NCBI GenBank assembly: GCA_034430675.1
Contig: DAOUEB010000027.1
Coordinates: 650 to 64,649, forward strand
DNA length: 64,000 bases
Origin: Dehalococcoidales bacterium
Lineage (GTDB): Bacteria; Chloroflexota; Dehalococcoidia; Dehalococcoidales; RBG-16-60-22
Reading direction: 5' to 3'
A program made the position numbers and the translations under genes. The notes under the pieces are model-generated. The model saw nothing but the letters and a program-made list of their open reading frames with translations, was not told the DNA's origin and did not search any database. Positions 6,850 to 13,947 of this stretch are shown here, piece by piece. The number at the start of each line of letters is the position of its first letter. The first letter of the stretch is position 1.

Positions 6850-8449
6850 ACAGCTGCGGTGTTGTATCTACGCCCGGGTATCCTCCGATGACCAGGCTGG
6901 CAGGAACTTCTCTGTACCTGCCCAGGTCGAAGCCTGTCGCTACTATGCCAAAGGTAAAGGCTGGACGGTGGTAGCTGAATACCACGACGGTTTTGAAAGC
7001 GCCCGGCCAGGCAAGGTACGTCCCACATTCGAGAAAATGATGGACGCTGCCCGCCGTAAGGAGTTTGATATTATCATTGTCCATAAGCTCGACCGTTTCG
7101 CCCGCGATGATTATGAACATGTTGTCTCAGAGCGTGAGCTGGAAAAGCTCGGAATCCGCTTGGAGAGCGTTAGCGAGCCCCTGGATGTCAGCAGTCCCGC
7201 CGGTTATCTTTCACGTCGCATTATGCAGGTTATCTCATCCTGGTATATCAAGAACCTGGCGGTCGAAGCCAAGAAGGGCATGAAGCAGAAGGTGGCCCAG
7301 GGAGGGTGGCCGTGGTTAGCGCCTTTGGGTTACATCAACTGTAAAGATAAGAATAATGCCTGGGTAGATGTTGACCCCAAGCTGGGGCCTATGATTACCG
7401 AGGCCTTTAAGGAGATGGCGACCGGTAAATATACTATAGATGAGTGGACGGCTCGTGCCTTTAACCTGGGGTATCGCAACAGAACGGGAGGTAATATCTC
7501 CCGCTCCAAATGGCATGATCTTTTCCACCATCGCTTTTACCTGGGCAAGACCGGTTGGGGACGCAAAGGTGAAGAACAGGATGGGAATCACCCTGCCCTG
7601 ACTGATCCTGCTACATTTGCTCAAGTCCAGGAGGTACTGGCAAAACATGACCATTACAAAAAGAGGATTCAACGCCACGACTATTTGCTGCGCGGGTTGG
7701 TTTATTCCCTGGATGCCGACAGTCCTTGCCTGGTTACTGCCCAGCCCAGTAAGGGTATGAGCTATTACCGCAGTAAATCCAGGGTAGGTGGTAGCCAGGT
7801 CTACTATAACTGTAAGGATATCGATACAGAGGCGTGTGACCTGGTCAAATCCATGGCCATAGAAAAGGAAAATCGGCCACGTCTTGAGGCGGCTCTTAAC
7901 GAGTGGTTTGCTGAAATGGGGAAGGGAGGCGAAGACTCGGAGCTGGGCCGCGCCCGCCAGAGGCTTGAAGCGCTGGTAACAAAGAGGAAGAACATCAACC
8001 GCATGGCCGCGGAGGAGCTTATTGGCTGGAGTGAATTCAAGGAGCTCCGTAACGAGATAGAGGTTGAAGAGGCGGCGTTGCAGTCACGTGTTGAGTTTAT
8101 TACCAGGCATCAAACTCTTTTCGCCGCTGATTTTGAGGTGGCTCTCGACATAGTGTGTAACCTGGGCTGGCTGTACGAGGATGGTGGTTTTGACGAGAGA
8201 CGACTGCTGGTTGAGACTCTATTTGAACGGCTCAACATACGGCAAGGCAAGATAGAATCTTATGAGCTTAATCCGCCATTTGCCGTGTTCTACGATTGCT
8301 GGAAGGACACCGAACCGGGGGATAAATTGGTTCGATTTGGGTCTTTGGTGGCTGGCGAGCCAGGATTCGAACCTGGGTCAGAGGAGCCAAAGTCCCCTGT
8401 GCTACCACTACACCACTCGCCATCCTTACACACGGATTATAGCATTTAG
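6827..8449 (+). CDS. large serine recombinase (integrase)
   Basis: ORF track 6752-8449. The Met at 6827 is preferred. N-terminal resolvase domain CCIYARVSSDDQ...FDIIIVHKLDRFARD followed by a long recombinase / coiled-coil C-terminal region. The last ~33 codons read antisense through tRNA-Gln. Confidence 0.85.
   Translation: MEKKIENKQLRCCIYARVSSDDQAGRNFSVPAQVEACRYYAKGKGWTVVAEYHDGFESARPGKVRPTFEKMMDAARRKEFDIIIVHKLDRFARDDYEHVVSERELEKLGIRLESVSEPLDVSSPAGYLSRRIMQVISSWYIKNLAVEAKKGMKQKVAQGGWPWLAPLGYINCKDKNNAWVDVDPKLGPMITEAFKEMATGKYTIDEWTARAFNLGYRNRTGGNISRSKWHDLFHHRFYLGKTGWGRKGEEQDGNHPALTDPATFAQVQEVLAKHDHYKKRIQRHDYLLRGLVYSLDADSPCLVTAQPSKGMSYYRSKSRVGGSQVYYNCKDIDTEACDLVKSMAIEKENRPRLEAALNEWFAEMGKGGEDSELGRARQRLEALVTKRKNINRMAAEELIGWSEFKELRNEIEVEEAALQSRVEFITRHQTLFAADFEVALDIVCNLGWLYEDGGFDERRLLVETLFERLNIRQGKIESYELNPPFAVFYDCWKDTEPGDKLVRFGSLVAGEPGFEPGSEEPKSPVLPLHHSPSLHTDYSI
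8349..8422 (-). tRNA. tRNA-Gln (anticodon TTG)
   Basis: Reverse complement TGGCGAGTGGTGTAGTGGTAGCACAGGGGACTTTGGCTCCTCTGACCCAGGTTCGAATCCTGGCTCGCCAGCCA folds as a cloverleaf. Anticodon loop CTTTGGC, GTTCGAATC T-loop, encoded CCA. Confidence 0.9.
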
Positions 8450-8496
8450 ACGTGGCTGTGGCAATGGTATCCGGTTGCTTCACACAGGCTCCATAT

Positions 8497-8548
8497 TAAA
8501 AAATAAAACCCCGTAACCATCGGGGTGTTGTACGAATGATGGTTACGG
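8497..8548 (-). terminator. intrinsic terminator downstream of ORF 8589-8915
   Basis: Reverse strand CCGTAACCATC-N16-GATGGTTACGG (8548-8511) followed by GGTTTTATTTTTT. Confidence 0.6.
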
Positions 8549-8588
8549 AGCATTATTTACACCTGTAATACGACTGTTGTTTTAATGG

Positions 8589-8915
8589 CTACTTTTTCTT
8601 AGAGACGACCTTTTCTCCACCATGAAGAGTCTCTATTTGTGTCTTCCATTTACGGGCCCGGTCTGTCATAAACCGCCTTGTCGGCTGCCTCTCGGTGCTG
8701 ATAAGCATTGAATTGATGTTTCCCCAGGGTACGAAAAGGCTCTCCGTGTACCCTCCCAGCATATCGAGCTTGTCATCCCAGTGCACCAGGTTTATCAGGA
8801 TGCCGTGTTCGTCGACAACCTCGACCATTCCTATGTAGCAATTGTCCGGCGCGGTCCCCGGCATCAGGTGTACCGCCACACAGTAGCCCGGTTGTATCGC
8901 CTGTGTTTTAGCCAT
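8589..8915 (-). CDS. hypothetical protein
   Basis: 108 aa ORF with an upstream TTGACA-17-TATAAA on the reverse strand (8981-8953) and a downstream terminator. No family recognised. Confidence 0.5.
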   Translation of the reverse strand: MAKTQAIQPGYCVAVHLMPGTAPDNCYIGMVEVVDEHGILINLVHWDDKLDMLGGYTESLFVPWGNINSMLISTERQPTRRFMTDRARKWKTQIETLHGGEKVVSKKK

Positions 8916-9215
8916 ATTTCACACCTCCGTTTTCCTAACCTATCGTAGCCTATTTATATAATTATTTGACATTCTTGTCAATAGTAGCGCCTTCTTCCAC
9001 CAGAAAACGATGGCAGGTTGAGGCTGTCGCGTCGCGATTCATTATTTTTTAGTAATGATTCTTTATGAAAATTTAAGGATAAGTTTATCCAACATTTATG
9101 GATTTTATGTCTGTTTTTATAGCCGGCTGTTAAGATTGATGAGGATAACAGAAGGAATCTGAGAAGAAATTAGGGTTCCCCGGACATGAAATATCCGACG
9201 GGGAAGGTAAAATAA

Positions 9216-9335
9216 ATGGAAAATTTCGTCCTCGCAGGAAAAGCTAAAACGGTTTTTCGCCTCATCGAACTGAAAGCGAAGAGGGAAGAGCTTGCCAGGC
9301 GCGGTAAGAAACGGAATTTCAAAAACAAGAAGTAA
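9216..9335 (+). CDS. 39-aa basic micro-ORF
   Basis: Below the ORF-track cutoff. GGGGAAGGT lies 8 nt upstream of the ATG. Translation MENFVLAGKAKTVFRLIELKAKREELARRGKKRNFKNKK. Confidence 0.3.
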   Translation: MENFVLAGKAKTVFRLIELKAKREELARRGKKRNFKNKK

Positions 9336-9355
9336 TCGCTGCCGGTTTTCTCCAG

Positions 9356-9571
9356 CTATTCTTTTCTGAATTTGGCTTTCAGGGCTTCAATCTCTTGCTG
9401 TCTCTCGTATTCTTCCTGGCTGAGTGGTTCGCAGGACTTCAACTTGTTATTCTCTATCTTTATGGTAAAGAGCTCGTGGCATTTCCAGCACCGACGCGGG
9501 CCTTCGTAGTCTTTCTCCACGAAAGAGAGTTTACTCTCCGCACCGCACTTGGGACATTTTAAGGTAATCAT
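9356..9571 (-). CDS. small zinc-ribbon protein
   Basis: ORF track 9356-9589 starts at a GTG embedded in AAGGAGGTG. The ATG at 9571 gives MITLKCPKCGAESKLSF...RRCWKCHELF (CxxC...CxxC). It lies directly downstream of tRNA-Leu on the same strand. Confidence 0.5.
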   Translation of the reverse strand: MITLKCPKCGAESKLSFVEKDYEGPRRCWKCHELFTIKIENNKLKSCEPLSQEEYERQQEIEALKAKFRKE

Positions 9572-9601
9572 ATCTGATTGGATTCTCACCTCCTTACACT
9601 A

Positions 9602-9690
9602 TGGTGCCGAAGGTCGGACTCGAACCGACACGAGAGTTGCCCCTCAACAGTTTTTGAGACTGTCGCGTCTACCCATTCCGCCACTTCGGC
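9602..9690 (-). tRNA. tRNA-Leu (anticodon CAA)
   Basis: Reverse complement GCCGAAGTGGCGGAATGGGTAGACGCGACAGTCTCAAAAACTGTTGAGGGGCAACTCTCGTGTCGGTTCGAGTCCGACCTTCGGCACCA. Long variable arm, anticodon loop CTCAAAA, encoded CCA. Confidence 0.9.
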
Positions 9691-9838
9691 GCGGGCTATC
9701 CTATTCTAGGTTAAAAACGGGGATAGCGCAAGGGTTTTCCCCATTTACATACCATAGCTATTATTGCTACAATTACTTGGAAGCGTCTGTCTCCCGTATC
9801 ACACTTAAGGGTGCGGCGTTTCTAGACGGAGACCAGAC

Positions 9839-12277
9839 ATGGCAGACAAGTATAACCCTCAAGAAATCGAAAAGAAGTGGCAGCAGAAATGGGCTGAGGA
9901 TAAACTCTACGAGGTCCACGATGACGACCTACGGCCCAAGTGGTATGCCCTTACCATGTTCCCCTATACCTCCGGGGACCTTCACATCGGGCACTGGTAT
10001 CCCATGGCGCCTTCCGATGTCCACGCCCGCTACAAACGGATGCGCGGTTATAACGTGCTCCATCCGATGGGCTTTGATGCCTTCGGCTTGCCTGCCGAGA
10101 ACGCCGCTATCAAGCGGGGTATCCACCCCTTTACCTGGACGATGCAGAATATCGATAACATGCGGCGGCAGCTCAAGAGCATCGGCGCCGTCTACGACTG
10201 GAGTCGAGAGGTAATTACCTGCCTGCCCGATTATTACAAGTGGACGCAGTGGTTCTTCCTGAAGTTATACGAGGCCGGCCTGGCTTATCGTGACAAGGCG
10301 CCGGTCAACTGGTGCCCCAACTGCCAGACGGTGCTGGCCAATGAGCAGGTCGTCGGTGAGGGCCTATGCGAGCGCTGCGAGACCCCTGTCATAAGGCGTG
10401 ACCTGGAGCAGTGGTTCTTTCGCATTACGAAATACGCCGATGAGCTTCTGGAGTTCGACGGTGTCGACTGGCCGGAGCGTATCAAGGCAATGCAGCAGAA
10501 CTGGATAGGCAGGAGCCAGGGCACGGAAATTTCCTTCGGCCTCGACCATCCCGGCGTTGATGAGAAGGAGATACGGGTGTTCACCACCCGCCCCGATACC
10601 ACCTTTGGCGTGACCTTCATGGTGCTGACGCCGGAGCACCCCCTGGTGGAAAAACTGACCTCGCCGGAGCAGAAGGCCGAAGTCCAGAACTATATTGTAA
10701 AGTCGCGCCGCCAGAGTGAAATAGAGCGGCTGTCCACGGAGAAAGAGAAGGAAGGCGTATTCACCGGAGCTTACTGTATCAACCGCCTCAACGGGACGAA
10801 GGTGCCCATCTGGATTGCCGACTACGTCCTGTTGAGCTATGGCACCGGGGCTGTCATGGCAGTGCCCGCCCACGATGAGCGCGACTTTGCCTTCGCTAAG
10901 AAGTATAATCTACCGATTCCGGTGGTAATAGCGCCGCCGGACTGGGATGAAGGAGAGCTTGAAGCGGCTTATACCGAGCCGGGCACGATGGTGAACTCCG
11001 GGCGGTTTAACGGCCTGCACAGTCAGAAAGGCATCAATGCGGTATCCGAATACCTGGAGGAGAAGGGGTGGGGTAAGCGGACTATCAGCTATAAAATCCG
11101 CGACTGGCTCATATCCCGGCAGCGTTACTGGGGAGCCCCGATACCCGTGATTTTTTGTGATAAGTGCGGCGCCGTCCCCGTGCCGGAGAAAGACCTGCCC
11201 GTTCTGCTGCCGGAGGATGCCGAGTTCAAGCCCACCGGAGAGTCGCCGCTGAAACACAATGAAAAATTCGTCAATACCACCTGCCCGAAGTGCTCGTCCC
11301 CGGCGAAGCGGGAGACGGATACCATGGACACGTTCGTGTGCTCCTCGTGGTATTTCCTGCGGTATTGCAGTCCGCATGACGACGCGGCGGCCTTCGATGA
11401 TGAAGAGGTAAAGCTCTGGTGCCCGGTCGACTTCTATACCGGCGGCGGGGAACATGCCGTAATGCACCTGCTTTACGTCCGCTTCTTCACCAAGGCGATT
11501 CGTGATATGGGGCTGATTGATTTCGGTGAGCCTTTCCTGCGCCTGTTTAATCAGGGGCATATTATATCCGGCCACCAGAAGATGAGCAAATCGAGAGGCA
11601 ACGTGGTCAACCCCGATGCCTATGTGGCCGAACTGGGGGCGGACACCGTGCGTGCTTACCTGATGTTCGTCGGGCCGTGGGAGCAGGGCGGCGAGTGGGA
11701 TGACAGCGGCATCAGCGGCATCAGCCGCTGGATGAACCGGATATGGAACCTGGTGCTGGATGGATACAGTTCCTCCGGCGTTCAGGGTGACGATGAGCTG
11801 GTCCGTATGACGCATCAGACCATAAAAAAAGTGACCGAGGATATCGAGAGAGTCCACTTCAATACCATGGTAGCGGCGCTCATGGAATTTACCAACTACC
11901 TGGGCAGGGTGAAAGAGTCGGGGACCGCCAGCAAGGAAGTCTGGGAGTCCTCCATTAAGACATTGCTCCTGCTCCTGGCGCCGACGGCACCGCACCTGGC
12001 CGAGGAGCTCTGGCAGAGAACCGGCCGTGAATACAGCATTCATAGTCAGGCATGGCCGGAGTGGGATAAGGCACTGGTGACGCGTGACGAGTTTACCCTG
12101 GTGGTACAGGTGAACGGCAAACTACGCGATAGAGTAACGGTACCGGTATCCATCACGGAAGACGAAGCTAAAAACATCGCTGGAGAACAGGAAAAGGTAA
12201 GGCCTTACCTGGAGGGCAGGGAAGTGATAAGAGTAATATATATACCAGGGAGACTGGTGAATATAGTGGTGAAGTAA
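9839..12277 (+). CDS. leuS: leucine--tRNA ligase
   Basis: 812 aa. HIGH motif (PYTSGDLHIGH), KMSKS motif (HQKMSKSRGN) and overall bacterial LeuRS-like sequence. Confidence 0.97.
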   Translation: MADKYNPQEIEKKWQQKWAEDKLYEVHDDDLRPKWYALTMFPYTSGDLHIGHWYPMAPSDVHARYKRMRGYNVLHPMGFDAFGLPAENAAIKRGIHPFTWTMQNIDNMRRQLKSIGAVYDWSREVITCLPDYYKWTQWFFLKLYEAGLAYRDKAPVNWCPNCQTVLANEQVVGEGLCERCETPVIRRDLEQWFFRITKYADELLEFDGVDWPERIKAMQQNWIGRSQGTEISFGLDHPGVDEKEIRVFTTRPDTTFGVTFMVLTPEHPLVEKLTSPEQKAEVQNYIVKSRRQSEIERLSTEKEKEGVFTGAYCINRLNGTKVPIWIADYVLLSYGTGAVMAVPAHDERDFAFAKKYNLPIPVVIAPPDWDEGELEAAYTEPGTMVNSGRFNGLHSQKGINAVSEYLEEKGWGKRTISYKIRDWLISRQRYWGAPIPVIFCDKCGAVPVPEKDLPVLLPEDAEFKPTGESPLKHNEKFVNTTCPKCSSPAKRETDTMDTFVCSSWYFLRYCSPHDDAAAFDDEEVKLWCPVDFYTGGGEHAVMHLLYVRFFTKAIRDMGLIDFGEPFLRLFNQGHIISGHQKMSKSRGNVVNPDAYVAELGADTVRAYLMFVGPWEQGGEWDDSGISGISRWMNRIWNLVLDGYSSSGVQGDDELVRMTHQTIKKVTEDIERVHFNTMVAALMEFTNYLGRVKESGTASKEVWESSIKTLLLLLAPTAPHLAEELWQRTGREYSIHSQAWPEWDKALVTRDEFTLVVQVNGKLRDRVTVPVSITEDEAKNIAGEQEKVRPYLEGREVIRVIYIPGRLVNIVVK

Positions 12278-12332
12278 TATGCGTACGGGGGCGTTGAAGA
12301 GGGGTCTGAAGAGATTATGTAGGGGAAGTTTA

Positions 12333-12448
12333 AAGGGGCGCTGGCCCCTTCAAGAAAAGTTATTCCCCCTTTCCTCTCGCCTGCCAAAGAACTTGTTCGG
12401 CGAGCAGGTTACAGATACCCAGGGGAAGGGGGATACAGGGGGATAGGT
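12333..12448. repeat. composite GC-rich hairpin repeat (family copy)
   Basis: AAGGGGCGCTGGCCCCTT hairpin, CTCTCGCCTGCCAAAG block and terminal GGGGGATACAGGGGGATAGGT. The same modules in the same order occur at 57974-58149. Confidence 0.55.
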
Positions 12449-12452
12449 TCAC

Positions 12453-13256
12453 ATGAAAATAGCATTTATCGGCGGCGGCAACATGGGGGAGGCGATGCTG
12501 GCGGCGGTTCTTGATAAGAAGCTGGCCGCGCCTGATGATGCCTGTGTCAGCGATGTCAGTGAGTCGCGCCGCCAGTATATCGAAGAACATTACCGCGCGG
12601 CCGTAACGGCAGACAACCGGGAAGCCGTAAAAAATAAGGATATCGTGGTGTTAGCGGTGAAACCGCAAAACCTGCCCGAGGTCATGGCTGATTTGAACGG
12701 CTGTCTTGAATCGACCCAGCTTGTCCTGTCAATAGTCGCCGGGGTAAAAATCAGCGCTATCTGTCAGGGACTGGGGCACAGTCGTGTCGTGCGCTGTATG
12801 CCCAATACACCGGCTCAGGTTGGCTTGGGTATGAGTGCCTGGACGGCTACCGCTGAAGTAACCGGAGAGCAAAAAGGACAGGCACAGGCTATCCTCGGGG
12901 CTATGGGTAAAGAAATTTACTTCGATGATGAAAAGTATATTGATATGGTCACGGCGGTCACCGGCAGCGGTCCGGCCTATGTCTTCCTGCTGGCTGAGTC
13001 CCTGATTGACGCGGCGGTGAGCATAGGTATCCCCCGGAAGGAAGCCGAGGAACTGGTTTCACAGACGATGCTGGGCTCGGCGCACCTGATGCAGAAGACC
13101 GGTAAGCCCCCCGCCGAGCTACGCCGGAGCGTTACCTCGCCCGGCGGCACCACGGAGCGTGCTTTGCAGGTCTTTGAAGAGGGTGGTTTCGCCAGGCTCG
13201 TCGAAGATGCGGTAAAAGCGGCCTACCAGCGGTCTAAAGAGCTGGGGAGCCAGTAG
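12453..13256 (+). CDS. proC: pyrroline-5-carboxylate reductase
   Basis: 267 aa. N-terminal MKIAFIGGGNMGEA Rossmann motif and C-terminal SPGGTTERAL motif typical of ProC. Confidence 0.92.
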   Translation: MKIAFIGGGNMGEAMLAAVLDKKLAAPDDACVSDVSESRRQYIEEHYRAAVTADNREAVKNKDIVVLAVKPQNLPEVMADLNGCLESTQLVLSIVAGVKISAICQGLGHSRVVRCMPNTPAQVGLGMSAWTATAEVTGEQKGQAQAILGAMGKEIYFDDEKYIDMVTAVTGSGPAYVFLLAESLIDAAVSIGIPRKEAEELVSQTMLGSAHLMQKTGKPPAELRRSVTSPGGTTERALQVFEEGGFARLVEDAVKAAYQRSKELGSQ

Positions 13257-13340
13257 TTCTCAGCCGGTTGACTATTAGTTCATTTCGTTATTATGCTGAT
13301 ATTATCTTCAAAAATATTTGAAATTTCTTGAAGTTTAGTA

Positions 13341-13369
13341 TTGACGAAATATATTATATGTATTATAAT
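13341..13369 (+). promoter_or_regulatory. sigma70-like promoter of the regulator/efflux operon (TTGACG-17-TATAAT)
   Basis: TTGACG 13341-13346, 17-nt spacer, TATAAT 13364-13369. Palindrome TTCAAAAATATTTGAA at 13307-13322 just upstream. Confidence 0.6.
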
Positions 13370-13395
13370 GTGTAAAAATTGTTTTGGAGAAGGGT

Positions 13396-13899
13396 ATGAC
13401 AAATAATTTGCGGGATAAAGAGCGAAGTTTCGTGGAAGAAGTGGGCCTCGTCTTCGAAAAAACCGGCCTTCCCCGGATGGCCGGCCGCATGTTCGGCTGG
13501 TTACTCATCTCCGACCCGCCTTATCAGTCGCCGGCCGAGCTAGCCGATGTCCTCATGGCCAGCAAGGGGTCAATCAGCACCACCGTCCGACTGCTCGCGC
13601 AGACGGGGTTGATTGAACATTACATCATACCCGGCGAAAGGCATGACCACTTCCGCCTGAATGAAGATGCCCTGCGGAAGATGGTTCAGCACGGACTTGG
13701 AGATGAAATCAAGATGTTCCGCGAGCTTGCCGAATACGGACTGAAACTGATGCAGGATGAGCCTTCCGTACCACGGGAGTGGCTGGAGCAAATGCGTGAC
13801 CGGTACAATTTCCTGGGGAAGGCATTTCCCAAAACGATGGAGCGCTACGAGAAGAGGCGGGCGAAACTTCAGCTGAAACTGCTCCTTAAGCAGAAATAA
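13396..13899 (+). CDS. MarR/GbsR-like winged-helix transcriptional regulator
   Basis: ORF track starts at TTG 13384; ATG 13396 preferred. The motif GLPRMAGRMFGWLLISDPPYQSPAELADVLMASKGSISTTVRLLAQTGLIE is wHTH-like. Confidence 0.65.
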   Translation: MTNNLRDKERSFVEEVGLVFEKTGLPRMAGRMFGWLLISDPPYQSPAELADVLMASKGSISTTVRLLAQTGLIEHYIIPGERHDHFRLNEDALRKMVQHGLGDEIKMFRELAEYGLKLMQDEPSVPREWLEQMRDRYNFLGKAFPKTMERYEKRRAKLQLKLLLKQK

Positions 13900-13947
13900 C
13901 AGAATAAATAATAATATATGGCATATCGGGAATCTCGGAGGAAGACA

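Larger units (their letters stand above)
1..8348. mobile_element. integrated mobile genetic element (prophage-like or replicative island), partial; right end at tRNA-Gln
   Basis: Serine integrase abutting a tRNA 3' end, a divergent XRE/RHH switch, a replication module, and densely coupled hypothetical genes. The left end lies outside the window. Confidence 0.65.

Noticed and set aside
8262-8516. ORFs 8262-8516 (+) and 8268-8483 (-) covering tRNA-Gln
   Set aside because: They are translations of the tRNA gene and its flanks. The cloverleaf is unambiguous.
9693-9838. Possible T-box riboswitch upstream of leuS
   Set aside because: An AAGGGTGCGGCG stretch vaguely recalls the T-box sequence. However, it lies inside the loop of the SD-sequestering hairpin rather than upstream of it. 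No specifier-loop, AG-bay or UGGN bulge arrangement could be built. I kept only the hairpin observation.
9549-10214. 221-aa plus-strand ORF spanning tRNA-Leu and the leuS 5' end
   Set aside because: It runs antisense through a tRNA and out of frame over leuS. No motif supports it.
10910-12043. 377-aa minus-strand ORF antisense to leuS. Similar long antisense ORFs occur at 15523-16335, 30678-31547, 36468-37808, 40696-41292, 45085-45819, 48106-48672, 49493-50224, 17401-17976 and 58054-58563.
   Set aside because: Each lies fully inside, or opposite, a confidently recognised gene, tRNA block or repeat. Their products have Arg/Pro/Gly-rich low-information composition and no motifs. These are typical shadow ORFs of GC-rich coding DNA.
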